From the NCBI GenBank assembly GCA_964016885.1, contig OZ024751.1:5270001-5334000 (forward strand): 64,000 nucleotides of DNA, written 5' to 3'. The stretch is from Eledone cirrhosa (taxonomy: Eukaryota). The notes below the pieces were generated by a model. It saw only the letters and a program-made list of their open reading frames with translations, was not told the DNA's origin and did not search any database. The position numbers and the translations under genes were made by a program. The first letter of the stretch is position 1. Every line of letters begins with the position of its first letter. Shown in pieces: positions 1 through 12,185 of the stretch.

Positions 1-700
1 ACCACATTACAAGACGCCAACATCAGCTTCTCCACACACTGGAATATTGTCGGTAGGGCTGCACCCTACAACTTCAGGGGGAAATGCCAGCTCTGCCTTA
101 TGGAGCTGTACTACATCATAAGAACACCCCACGAGCTCATAATCAGCCGAGCGAAATCAGTCATATATTGTAGACACCGGGTGCAGGCATCGTATTTTGC
201 CTGGGAAGCGACTGCGACATGAAAGCTACGAACTGGGTCCCCCTGCCCTAACCATAACACCCCGGTGGGAAGGCGGTATAAACAAACATCTGTGAACCAA
301 ATGTACATCGCAGACCATGCTCGAACAAGCTTTAGTGAAGCAACACCCACTAAATAATAAATGTACATCCCAGATCCGACTTGAACTGGCACTAGTGAAA
401 CAACACCCATAATATAAAAATGCTAAACACCATCATATGAACAGGTATAAAAACCAAATGGGACTAGATTGTCTGAACAGCGGCCAGAGTTACTCCGCCT
501 GCTCCGCGAAAATAACAACATATGCACGTAGGAGAAGAATGAACTCTGATGTTAATTTAACCGTGAAATCCCTCCTGGGTCCTGTATTGATTATTTTTTT
601 TGTTTTCCATGCCTTGATAAGCCCATTCCGGGTAGGTGCACTGTTATATAAACATGTTCTAACGGTTTTAAACTCCTTGTATTCATTTCTTATATATATA
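1..700 (+). mobile_element. 3' end of a Penelope-like retroelement (GIY-YIG C-terminus plus 3' UTR/pLTR), decayed
   Basis: Frame near 40-180 reads ..WNIVGRAAPYNFRGKCQLCLMELYYII..SVIYCRHR. This resembles the CxxC...CRH tail of PLE GIY-YIG endonucleases. The element ends in a (TA)n-rich tract. Confidence 0.6.
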
Positions 701-1533
701 TAACTATATCTCTATATATATTTATGTATATATACACATGCATAGTTATATAAGTATGCATATATATATGTATATAAATATATGTATATATCTACATATA
801 TACATACACCCATATTGGGTTATTCAAAATTGTTCATGACTTTGGTAAAGTGGAATAACTGAAACAGGCGCTCGGTCATCAGTGGAACGCACGGTGTGGA
901 ATTATCTGTTTAACCAGAGTTTATCAATAGCGCTTTTACCCTCGCCTTAGTTGAAATCGAAAAACAGAAAATAATTGATTTCATTGCGACTAGTGATTGT
1001 AGACCAAGATTAAATGAGATTCGTTGTAGAAAGATTAAGAATGGTGGCGGGACTTTCCATTTTCTAAACGACTGAACACATTGGTTGAACAGATAATAAT
1101 CTGCTCAATAATTCTTTGTTATAACAAAACAACAATTGTTGTTATTGTAAAATCTGGGATGAAAATAAAAATGAAGTAATAATACATAAATTCTAATTTG
1201 ACCAACCATTAAATGTGAAGTGATAATCACCAGCTTAAGAATAGGTGATATAACAATAATTAATATAACAAGAACTATTTCTCCATTATAACTCCTTGCA
1301 AATCACTGATGGAGAAAAGCTTGTTAAATACTAACTGGAGCACCATAAACGTGGATATATCTACTTGGGTATTTGACGTTCTGAAATTACTCTTGAATCT
1401 CCCACAAATACCAGCACAGCGCCCTGAAAACATGGAAACAACGCTGTATAATATAGCCCCCACACATACGTATACAGTCTGGATGGTCATAGTTAGAACG
1501 CTTTTGATCATATGTTTGGTAACACAGGAATAG

Positions 1534-1650
1534 CCTGGTCACTCAGGATTGACCTGGTCACTCAGGAATGACCTGGTCACCCAGGATTGGCCTGGTCACT
1601 CAGGATTGGGGCCTGGTCACTAAGGAATAGCCGGGTCACTCAGGATTGGT
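1534..1650. repeat. Tandem repeat, about 20-bp unit CCTGGTCACTCAGGATTGA/G, about 6 copies
   Basis: Direct reading of the repeated units. Confidence 0.9.
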
Positions 1651-2473
1651 CTGTGGTGAAACAACGACAGTATAGGCGAGACATTCAACCGGTTTCGAAT
1701 GTCGTTTGAAGTAATTCTACATCATTTCTGAGGCTAATACAAAATGGCAAAACGACAGAGACATCGTCTTTCCAAAGTTTGATCTGGACGATAAATAGTT
1801 GGAATTTGGTCAGTGAGTCTAGATTAATGACGACCAGAATGAAGTATTTGTTTCTCTCTCTTTGTTTGGAGAGAAGATAGCCGTGCATAATTAACGAAAG
1901 TTTCATTGGTCAGGTTTTTTTTAACTTCTATAGCTGGAAACTTAGGTTATTATTGAACAAGTGGATCTGGAGAATTCAATAAATAATATTAACTCGGTTG
2001 ACACATCAAGAGATCAGCCACATGATCATTAATTCAACGATAAATGTCGTGGAAAACTACAAAACAAACAACAAAAACAACTGACTCAAATCGTAGATGT
2101 ATCTTTGACCAGGCTTTCCTAGTAATATTCCTAAGCTACCAATCTAGATCTCAAGTATATAACATTATAGCTAGTTCTTGGTTACTTCTCCCTACACCAC
2201 CCCTTATCCTGCAAAAACAATTCAGTTGTCTAAGGGAAGTGGAATCTATGTTAACCATATTAATTCAGAGACCGATACTCACAAGAAACCGAGCTCTCAT
2301 ACATAACACAAGATAAATGTAATTGCACATCATCAAACTTTTACATCGATTTCTTACTTAAATATAAGCCATATATATTTATAATGGAGTGTAGAAAGCT
2401 GGTCGTGGAAGGAAGGTTTATGCTTGCTCAGGACATTAGCGGTGAATGTGAAGTGGACTGTCTTCGATCGATT

Positions 2474-2653
2474 AACAATAACATACACAACAACAACAAT
2501 AATAGCAACAGATACAAAACCACCACCACCAATAACAACAACAACAACAATAGCAGCAGCAACAATGTTAAATGGGCAGAAAGAAGAATAAAATGGACGA
2601 GGAATATTAAGAAAAATGAGTAGAAGAATGAGAAGCTTAAAAAGAAACATGAT

Positions 2654-2713
<60 letters not shown>
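2474..2713. repeat. (CAA)n/(CAG)n-rich tract and (TAA)n microsatellite
   Basis: Direct reading. Confidence 0.9.
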
Positions 2714-2714
<1 letters not shown>

Positions 2715-3141
2715 GTTTCTACTTTTCAGCCCAAGGCCAGCAATTTGGGTGGGTGGGTGATTTGTGAAATCGGTTAAATCGACCCCCCAGTGAGTGACTG
2801 GTACTTTATTTTATCGACTCCTTAAGGATGAACGATAAAGCTAACCTGTGTAAGGAAGTCATTGGTTCATGGTAATGTCATAATCCTGTCGAGGCTACAG
2901 CTTTGCCTTTCATCCTGATGGGGTCGATAAAATAAAGTAACACACTGGGGTCGAATTAATCGATTTCTCCTCCCCGAAATAATAATAATAATAATATTAA
3001 TAATGGGTTTTGATTTAGGCACAAGGGCAGCAATTTTTTGGGAAGGGGGAAAGTCGATTAACTCGATTCCAGTGTATTACTGGTATTTTAAGTTATCGAC
3101 CTCGTAAGGATGAAAGGCAAAGCTAACCTCGACGGGATTTA
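2714..3141. mobile_element. Cluster of three partial SINE copies (two minus, one plus), same family as 10037
   Basis: Contains GGGTCGATAAAATAAAGTA and its reverse complement (GGTACTTTATTTTATCGAC), plus CAAGGCCAGCAAT motifs. Confidence 0.75.
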
Positions 3142-3154
3142 ACGATAATAAATT

Positions 3155-3261
3155 ATGCATCAATATCCACAAACGACAATATATCTACAAAAGAAATGGA
3201 GAAAGTATCCAAATATAAAGATCTAGAGATAGAAATAACTCGAATGTGGTTGATGAAAATA
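3155..3261 (+). mobile_element. Fragment of a restriction-like endonuclease (RLE) non-LTR element, R4/Dong-like
   Basis: Peptide ..SISTNDNISTKEMEKVSKYKDLEIEITRMW resembles the ExxKxxKYxxL motif region of RLE domains. It is truncated by (GAA)n. Confidence 0.55.
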
Positions 3262-3406
3262 GAAGAAGAAGAAGAAGAAGAAGAAGAAGAAGAAGAAGAA
3301 GAAGAAGAAGAAGAAGAAGAAGAAGAAGAAGAAGAAGAAGAAGAAGAAGAAGAAGAAGAAGCAGAAGAAGAAGAAGAAGAAGAAGAAGAAGAAGAAGAAG
3401 AAGAAG
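3262..3406. repeat. (GAA)n microsatellite, about 48 units
   Basis: Direct reading; one GCA interruption. Confidence 0.97.
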
Positions 3407-3590
3407 AGTTGACTTGTCCTAGGGTGGCAACTGTCCTGTGATTGGAAGCGAGTGAAAGAATGAAAGAGAAACAGCATTCTTTTGTCAGTCAGGTTAATTT
3501 TGAGGCTGCCTTTCTTGTGAGAGGTGAACTGTGGTGAATATAAATAGTATTTCCACTGTAGAAGTGTGTTAGGAGTAAAGTGGGGGTGAC

Positions 3591-5866
3591 CTGTAAGTGG
3601 ATGGCAACTGTAACTGGGTGGCAGTGGCAACTGTAACTGGGTGGCAACTGTAACTGGGTGGCAGTGGCAACTGTAACTGGGTGGCAACTGTAACTGGGTG
3701 GCAACTGTAACTGGGTGGCAGTGGCAACTGTAACTGGGTGGCAACTGCAACTGGATGGCAACTGTAACTGGGTGGCAAGTGTAACTGGGTGGCAACTGTA
3801 ACTGGGTGGCAACTGTAACTGGGTGGCAACTGTAACTGGGTGGCAACTGCAAATGGATGGCAACTGTAACTGGGTGGCAACTGTAACTGGGTGGCAACTG
3901 TAACTGGGTGGCAACTCTAATTGGTGGCAACACTAATTGGATGGCAACTGTAACTGGGTGGCAACTGTAACTGGGTGGCAACTGTAACTGGGTGGCAAAT
4001 GTAACTGGGTGGCAACTGCAACTGGGTAGCAACTGTAACTGGGTGGCAACTGTAACTGGGTGGAAACTGTAACTGGGTGGCAACTGTAACTGGGTGGCAA
4101 CTGTAACTGGGTGGCAACTGTAATTGGGTGGCAACTCTAATTGGGTGGCAACTGTAACTGGGTGGCAACTGTAACTGGGTGGCAACTCTAATTGGGTGGC
4201 AACTGTAATTGGGTGGCAACTGTGACTGGGTGGCAACTGTAACTGGGTGGCAACTGTAACTGGGTGGCAAATGTAACTGGGTGGCAACTGTAACTGGGTG
4301 GCAAATGTAACTGGGTGGCAACTGTAACTGGGTGGCAACTGTAACTGGGTGGCAACTGTAACTGGGTGGCAACTGTAACTGGGTGGCAAATGTAACTGGG
4401 TGGCAACTGCAACTGGGTGGCAACTGTAATTGGGTGGCAACTGCAACTGGGTGGCAACTGTAACTGGGTGGCAACTGCAACTGGGTGGCAACTGTAACTG
4501 GGTGGCAACTCTAATTGGGTGGCAACTGTAATTGGGTGGCAACTGTAACGGGGTGGCAACTGTAACTGGGTGGCAACTCTAATTGGGTGGCAACTGTAAT
4601 TGGGTGGCAACTGTAACTGGGTGGCAACTGTAACTGGGTGGCAACTGTAACTGGGTGGCAACTGTAACTGGGTGGCAACTGTAACTGGGTGGCAACTGTA
4701 ATTGGGTGGCAAATGTAACTGGGTGGCAACTGCAACTGGGTGGCAACTGTAATTGGGTGGCAACTGTAACTGGGTGGCAACTGCAACTGGGTGGCAACTG
4801 TAACTGGGTGGCAAGTGTAACTGGGTGGCAACTGTAACTGGGTGGCAACTCTAATTGGGTGGCAACTGTAACTGGGTGGCAACTGTAACTGGGTGGCAAC
4901 TGTAACTGGGTGGCAACTGTAACTGGGTGGCAACTGTAACTGGGTGGCAAGTGTAACTGGGTGGCAACTGTAACTGGGTGGCAACTGTAACTGGGTGGCA
5001 ACTGTAACTGGGTGGCAACTGTAATTGGGTGGCAACTGTAACTGGGTGGCAAATGTAACTGGGTGGCAACTGTTTCTGGGTGGAAAGTGTAACTGGGTGG
5101 CAACTGTAACTGGGTGGCAACTGTAATTGGGTGGCAAGTGTAACTGGGTGGCAAGTGTAACTGGGTGGCAACTGTAACTGGGTGGCAACTGTAACTGGGT
5201 GGCAACTGTAACTGGGTGGCAAATGTAACTGGGTGGCAACTGCAACTGGGTGGCAACTGTAATTGGGTGGCAACTGTAACTGGGTGGCAACTGCAACTGG
5301 GTGGCAACTGTAACTGGGTGGCAAGTGTAACTGGGTGGCAACTGTAACTGGGTGGCAACTCTAATTGGGTGGCAACTGTAACTGGGTGGCAACTGTAACT
5401 GGGTGGCAACTGTAACTGGGTGGCAACTGTAACTGGGTGGCAACTGTAACTGGGTGGCAAGTGTAACTGGGTGGCAACTGTAACTGGGTGGCAACTGTAA
5501 CTGGGTGGCAACTGTAACTGGGTGGCAACTGTAATTGGGTGGCAACTGTAACTGGGTGGCAAATGTAACTGGGTGGCAACTGTAACTGGGTGGAAAGTGT
5601 AACTGGGTGGCAACTGTAACTGGGTGGCAACTGTAATTGGGTGGCAAGTGTAACTGGGTGGCAAGTGTAACTGGGTGGCAACTGTAACTGGGTGGCAAAT
5701 GTAACTGGATGGCAACTGTAACTGGGTGGCAACTGTAATTGGGTGGCAACTGTAATTGGGTGGCAACTGTAATTGGGTGGCAACTGTAACTGGATGGCAA
5801 CTGTAACTGGGTGGCAAGTGTAACTGGGTGGCAACTGTAACTGGGTGGCAACTGTAACTGGGTGGA
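3591..5866. repeat. G-rich minisatellite, 17-bp unit GGGTGGCAACTGTAACT, about 134 copies, with a 510-bp higher-order duplication
   Basis: Direct reading. The variant GGTGGAAAGTGT occurs at about 5081 and 5591, 510 bp (30 units) apart. Confidence 0.97.
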
Positions 5867-5977
5867 AGAGCAATTGAATGATCTATGGGAGAATACGATT
5901 ATAATATTCTTATTTAGAAGACAATTTTTTCACTTACATTGCTGTGGCGAAACATGAATGTAACAAGACTATTACAA

Positions 5978-6875
5978 CATACACAGACACACACATATAC
6001 ACATATACACATATACACATACACACATACACACATACACACATACACACATACACACACATACGCACACATACACACACGTACGCACATACAAACACAG
6101 ATACACACACACGTACAGACACATACATACACATACATACAGACATACACACGCACATATACACACACACAGACACACGCACACATACACACATCTACAC
6201 ATATATACACATATACTGACACACACATACATACACACACACATATATACACACACATGCGCATACACACACCTGCCCATCACACACGCATACGCACATA
6301 AACACACATACACACACATATACACAGGCAACTTACACATACACACACATACATGCACACGCACGCACACACATATACACACATACACAAATTCACATAC
6401 ACACACACAAAGCAAAGCAAACAGTTGCCCATGTCACATACACACATACATTAGTGTTTGTGTAGAAATGTGTCTGTCTGACTATAAGACTGTTTCTAAG
6501 TGTATGTGTTATGTAAGCGTTGGCTTGAGTGTGTGTGTGTGTATACAAGTACGTAAATATGCAAGTGTATGTGTATGTTTAAGTATGTCTGTGTGCATGT
6601 GTGTGTAAGTCTGTGCCACCAGTGTGTGTATTTGTGTGAGTGTGTCTATTTGTAAAGGTGTATGCGTGTTAGTGTATCTGTGTATTTGTGTGTGTGTATG
6701 TGAGTGTATGTGTGTGCGTATGTGTAAATTGTGTCTGTCCATGTGTAATTACATAACCATGTGGTGTTTTTTATCAACTGAACTAATATATATATATATA
6801 TATATATATAAACGCATACACACACACACACATATAGATTATATAAATACACACATAGATATACGTAAATATATG

Positions 6876-6960
<85 letters not shown>
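5978..6960. repeat. Compound (CA)/(TG)/(TA) low-complexity microsatellites
   Basis: Direct reading. Confidence 0.9.
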
Positions 6961-6964
<4 letters not shown>

Positions 6965-6989
6965 ATATTAAATAAATGGAAACTATATT

Positions 6990-7051
6990 TATTCTATTAT
7001 ATATATTTCAAGGGTACCAAAAACTTTGGTACGCTTTCATCAGATAAAATA
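6990..7051 (-). ncRNA. Type I minimal hammerhead ribozyme (minus-strand mirror of 7182-7243)
   Basis: Reverse complement of 7182-7243. Confidence 0.75.
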
Positions 7052-7181
7052 CAAAGAGTGTTTTATAAATTTTGACATAGCCAAGGAAACATACCTTATC
7101 AGTTGAATTGACTACCCAAGGAAAATTCAACTGATAAGCTATGTTTCATTGGCTATGTCAAAATGTATAAAACACTCTTTG

Positions 7182-7243
7182 TATTTTATCTGATGAAAGC
7201 GTACCAAAGTTTTTGGTACCCTTGAAATATATATAATAGAATA
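7182..7243 (+). ncRNA. Type I minimal hammerhead ribozyme
   Basis: Stem I TATTTTAT/ATAGAATA (8 bp, one G-U); CTGATGA 7190-7196; stem II AAG.GTACCAAA/TTTGGTAC.CTT; GAAA 7224-7227; palindromic TATATA; UH=TA at 7234-7235. Confidence 0.78.
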
Positions 7244-7469
7244 AATATGGTTTTATAAATATAGTTTCCATTTATTAAATATCATTGAATATTTACTCCA
7301 GAAAATTGTCGAGTGCTCTGAATCAGTTATAAACATTTATATTTGTTGAATTTCCAACAAATTAAATATCCCTTCTACTTATATATGTATATATATATTT
7401 GTATATATACATACACACACACACATACATATATATAAATATATATACATATATACGTACATATATATT

Positions 7470-7515
<46 letters not shown>

Positions 7516-7575
7516 CATACACACACACATATATATATATATAAATACATATACATATATACGTACATATATGTT

Positions 7576-7627
<52 letters not shown>

Positions 7628-8016
7628 AACAGATTAAACAAACTAATGATGAGCATAATATGTGTACAATGAGCAAGAAAAGAATGTAATTTGGTTGAGA
7701 TTGTCATGAAAACAACTTCTCTATCCTGGAGATAGAAGCACGTATTAGCACCATTCTTTTGTTCATTGTCTCCTGACGATTAAGTTCATTAAGTTACCTG
7801 TATTGGGTATCATCTCTCGCTCTCTCACCCCCCCATCTCTCTCATTGTTGTTGTTTTTTGTTTACTTCACCAGGAGGTACAGATATGAGTGTGAATATCA
7901 TATCTGTATGATCATAAAGAATAAATATATTAAACGTGTTAAATGTATAAACGAAGAAATGAAGAAATCAAGAAATATGTAAATACATGTATAAATGATA
8001 CACATGATTGTTGTAA

Positions 8017-8087
<71 letters not shown>

Positions 8088-8091
<4 letters not shown>

Positions 8092-8257
8092 TGTAGTAAA
8101 GCTATATATGATTGTAGTAAAATTGTAATATTGTACTAAAATTGTATATATATAGTAAAACTATATGTATATGATTGTAGTAAATTATATATATATATGA
8201 TTGTAGTAAAACTATATATAAATGATTGTAGAAAAACTGTATATATATGATTGTAGT

Positions 8258-8317
<60 letters not shown>

Positions 8318-8375
8318 GATTATAGTAAAACTATATATATATATATACATATATATATGATTGTAGTAAACACTA
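8088..8375. repeat. Degenerate about 21-bp minisatellite ATATATGATTGTAGTAAAA(C/T)T; related units at 9715-9740, 10660-10790 and 11370-11425 (minus)
   Basis: Repeated ATGATTGTAGTAAAA motif. Confidence 0.75.
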
Positions 8376-8392
8376 TATATATATATATATTT

Positions 8393-9480
8393 TCATTGAC
8401 TTTAGGAAGGCCTTTGATTCTGTGGACCGTTACTGCCTGATGAAGATCTTACAGGCTTATGGAATCCCCAAGAGGATAGTGGACCTGATATCACTGCTCT
8501 ACACCAACACCAAAGCCCAAGTCATTACACCTGATGGGATGACAGAGTTCTTTGAGATACTGGCTGGAGTGCTCCAGGGAGATACATTGGCTCCCTACCT
8601 TTTTATCATCGTAGTGGACTATTGTATGCGCCTTGCACTGGAGAAACACCAGGACTCTGGCTTTACTGTAGCACCGGCTCAGAGCAGGAGAGTTGGGGCG
8701 AAAAAGGTATCGGATGCTGAATTTGCCGACGACATAGTTTTGGTGACAAATACAGTGAAGGAGGCAGAGGATTTGATGCGGGAGGTTGAGACTGTGTCGA
8801 TGAGTGTGGGGCTGAGAATGAATGAGACTAAAACAAAATATCTGGTAGAGAATGTTGAGAAGCCAGAGGGGATCACTAATGTAGGCGGGAAGCCGCTGGA
8901 ATTGGTTGAGGACTTCCTGTATTTGGGAGCAAATATTGGGAATACGGAAGATGATGTGGTTGAGAGGAAGAGCAAGGCCTGGGCGGCGTGTCACAGCTTG
9001 AGATCGGTGTGGAAGTCGGACCTTCGTAGAGACCTGAAAATCCGCCTCTTCATTGCTGTAGTGGAGTCTGTGCTGCTGTATGGGTCTGAGACTTGGACAC
9101 TGACCAAGAGACTCACTCAGATGGTGGATGGGTGCTACACGAGAATGCTGAGGATGGCTCTGAACATTAATCAGTATACACTGAGGATGAAAAACTCAGA
9201 GCTGTATGGGAGCATCCCAAAAGTCAGCTCAAAAGTGACACAGAGGAGACTGAGGTTGGCTGGACTTGCTCACCGACATCCAGAGTTGACATTGCACTCA
9301 GTGCTCCTTTGGGAGCCCCTACATGGACACACTAGAAGAGGAAGACCAAGGTTAACATATGTTGATGCCCTAAGGACAGACACTGGTCTGTTGGAGATGC
9401 AGGATATGGCAGCGATAATGAGGGACAGAGACCGCTGGAGAGAACTCGTCCATGGATCTCGGGAATTTTACCCGCCTTAG
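8393..9480 (+). mobile_element. 5'-truncated RTE-clade LINE, RT C-terminal half, open reading frame intact
   Basis: FIDFRKAFDSV, GVLQGDTLAPYLF, EFADD, FLYLG, ESVLLYGSETW, RRGRPRLTY motifs. Flanked by (TA)n on both sides. Confidence 0.9.
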
Positions 9481-9494
9481 ATATATATATATAT

Positions 9495-9680
9495 ATATTT
9501 TAGAAAGTGAGTTTTTTTTACAAAATGAAAAATAACCGAGGTGTCCTACACGAGTGAAAGTATAAAGAAAAAAAGATGAAATCAAAAATGCAACTGGAGT
9601 CTTATTTAAAAAAAAAAAATATATATTTTTTTTAAAATAAGACTCCAGTTGCATTTTCGATTTCATCTTTTTTTCTCTCT
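9495..9680. repeat. Fold-back with about 50-bp arms (about 9567-9620 and 9626-9675); related to the inverted element at 11555-12185
   Basis: AAAATGCAACTGGAGTCTTATTT versus AAAATAAGACTCCAGTTGCATTTT. Confidence 0.8.
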
Positions 9681-10036
9681 ATATATATATATATGAGTGT
9701 AGATAAAGTATATATATATGATTGTAGTAAAATTATATACACTAGCAGAAAACCACCATTCGAGTGGTTTTCTGCTAGCATGTGTAGTGTGTATATTGAT
9801 ATTATACGCAAATATATATGCATGTAGATACAATACATCAAATAAAACCGTAATTCACAATATACACAGAAATTGAAGAGAGACTATGTTACACTGTCTT
9901 CTGCAATCAGTAAAGTTATCCATGAAACATTTAAAAAAGGCAATATTATATATAAACTGCATTATGGTGAAATGTAATGAAAACGAAAAAAAAAGTGAAA
10001 ATTAGCGAAGGAAATAAGACCATTATGATATAAATA

Positions 10037-10510
10037 TGTGGATTGGCAGTATCGGTAGAAGGTCGGACGCCATGCTTTCCAGCATAGTTACGTCCCTTTA
10101 CGATCTGAGTTCAAATCCCGCCGAGGTTGACTTTGCCTTTCATCCTTACTGGGTCGATAAACATAAAGTACCAGTAATGCACTGGGTAATTGCTGGCCTT
10201 GTGCCTAAAGTAGAAACAATTATGATATAAATATGTAAATATATGAACGTTTACATCATAACCGGAAGTATTGGAATTTGAAAATTTTAAAAGAAGTGAA
10301 TCTTAAGATAAGCAATCATTATATGGTGGATTGGCAGTATCGGTAGAGAGTCGGACGCCATGCTTTGACGCATAGAGTTACGGCCCTTGCCATTCTGAGT
10401 TCAAATCCTGCCGGGGTTAACTTTGCCTTTCATCCTTACGGGGTCGATAAAATAAAGTACCAGTAATACACTAGTAATTGCTGGCCTTGTGCCAAAAGTA
10501 GACACAATTA
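10037..10510 (+). mobile_element. Two SINE copies (10037-10222 and 10324-10510), probably tRNA-derived, with a Nin/Deu-domain-like central motif
   Basis: GGATTGGCAGTATCGGTAG head, GAGTTCAAATCC B-box-like motif, CTTTGCCTTTCATCCTTACGGGGTCGATAAAATAAAGTACCAG core, GCTGGCCTTGTGCC..AAAGTAGAAACAATTA tail. Confidence 0.8.
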
Positions 10511-10788
10511 TATATAGGAATATTTAACAGCTACGAAATTTAGTACATAAGTTATGTAAAATTCATTCATTATTTATTCAAAGTAATCCACCGTTTTTGA
10601 CTGACGGGACAAAAAATATATTGAGGACACAGTTCCCTACTTCTCTCTTTATCATATTTTGATATGATTGTAGTTATATAGATTGTAGTAATGTATATAT
10701 ATATATGATTGTAGTAAAATGATATACATATGAAAGAGAAATGTGTATTTTTATATAGTTTTACTACATTCCTATATATATTACTATA

Positions 10789-10849
<61 letters not shown>

Positions 10850-10852
<3 letters not shown>

Positions 10853-11118
10853 AAGTTATATTTAAAATTGTTGGGTTACAACTAGTAAATATTTATAACT
10901 GATATAAAAGCACTCGACAAATATTTGGAGTATATTTACACCTCTTCAAATGAAGTTGATGTTTATTACGGTATGTCGAATATATTTATCTATAAAACTG
11001 TTTATATTGTATTTTGTCTGATGAAGGCATAGCATATTGTTAATATGATATCCCCGAAATATATATAATGAAATAAATATGGTTTTATAAATATAGTTTT
11101 CCATTTATTTAATATTGT
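10850..11118. mobile_element. Family A element: inverted extension (10850-10940) plus HHR-bearing sense arm
   Basis: 10850-10940 is a diverged reverse complement of 7288-7380; 10960-11118 matches about 7150-7290. Confidence 0.75.
11010..11075 (+). ncRNA. Type I minimal hammerhead ribozyme (family A)
   Basis: TATTTTGT-CTGATGA(11018)-stem II with CATATT/AATATG-GAAA(11056)-TATATA-TA-ATGAAATA. Confidence 0.65.
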
Positions 11119-11134
11119 ATATATATATATATAT

Positions 11135-11360
11135 ATTTATGTATTTGTTCGGCAAGAATCTTGATTTGAAATCGTGTGATGAAACCGATATTGTTATATT
11201 TAGGGATGGTTTTTTGCCAATTAAACACACGCACCATATAGCTTTTACTTTATCTTTATTCTTATGTGAAAGCTCTTTCATCACACCAATCTGTGACCTC
11301 CTCAATGACTATAGATTTGCTGCGCCCCTTCGTTTTCTGCTCTCACCTTTCTATTTCATA
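11135..11360 (-). mobile_element. Diverged antisense pLTR related to 41665-41984 and 50588-50893, with a decayed HHR at about 11267-11311
   Basis: Shares GAAATCGTGTG.TGAAACCGATATTGTTATA and CACACGCACCA. Minus strand reads AGTCA-TTGAGGA-G-GTCACA..TGTGAT-GAAA-GAGC-TT. Confidence 0.65.
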
Positions 11361-11554
11361 TATATAGTTCTACTATAATCATATATATATAGTTTTACTA
11401 CAATAATATATATCGTTTCACTACATACATCAACGATGGATGAGCTGCGTTACGTTGAGTGCTTTTCCTACTATTGCATCATGGTTAACTATACGCAATG
11501 TACAGTTCTATCCGGCAGTGGTGAACCACCAATTTGAATGACTGCAATATATAT

Positions 11555-12185
11555 ATAAAAAGAAAAGAAATCTAAAATGCAACTGGAATCTTTTTAAGAA
11601 TATTTATTTGTTTCCTTTACCGGTTTCACGGTTCTTATGCCTTTTAAAAGTAGAATTGAGATGGAGGGTTTGTGGTTTTTTTCGCATCTGGTTGGTGTTC
11701 GAATATTACTTCTGTTTTACGTAGAAAAGAGAGGCTCAATTTTCTAGTTTAAAAAAAAATTTGGTTGGTTGATGACTGTCACGTGAATAAATACATCATC
11801 TTTCGCGCCAGTTAAAAAAGTGACTCAGAATGTTTTTTTTTTATAAATGTAATTTGGTTGGTTATGACTGTCACGTGAATAAGTAATTTTGCACATCAAC
11901 CATACTCACTGAACCAGAACGATTTCTCCCCATCCCTTTTCTTAACCATTATCTTTTGTTTGGCACAAAATTCTCTATGACAAACCATGTGACTGTGAAA
12001 ACGACTATAAACAACCAGGAAACACGAACTCGCACAATATTTAATGTACTTATTCACGTGACAGTCATAACCAACCAAATTAAAAACCTCCAGTTGCATT
12101 TTCGATTTCTTTTCCTTATACTTTCACTCGTGTAGGACATCTCGTTTTTTTTTCCATTTAAAAAAACAACTCCTTTTCTTATATA
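11555..12185. mobile_element. Inverted-repeat element with internal TTGGTTGGTT(G)ATGACTGTCACGTGAATAA sub-repeats; related sequence at 47760-48100
   Basis: AAAATGCAACTGGA (11575) versus TCCAGTTGCATTTT (12089); sub-repeat at 11761 and 11853 and inverted at 12050. Confidence 0.65.

Larger units (their letters stand above)
6960..7380. mobile_element. Fold-back element family A (arms about 6960-7109 and 7124-7287, plus about 90-bp extension) in (TA)n
   Basis: Arms are reverse complements. Related sequence at 10850-11118 and 40033-40840. Confidence 0.85.

Noticed and set aside
468-592. Two HHR-like motifs (CTGAACA-GCGG..CCGC-GAAA and CTGATGT..GAAA) in the first PLE 3' region
   Set aside because: Core nucleotides are mutated and stems I/III are incomplete; at best decayed.
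3591-5866. CRISPR-like array
   Set aside because: Units are contiguous with no unique spacers, and the context is eukaryotic.
3223-5873. Long repetitive ORFs (PPSYSCHPVTVATQLQL)n
   Set aside because: Translation of a stop-free 17-bp minisatellite in all three minus frames; no evidence of coding.
10565-10600. Mariner C-terminal remnant (minus strand ..DYFE*); similar weak hints at 810-1060 and 26500-27000
   Set aside because: Too short or degenerate to support without a profile search.
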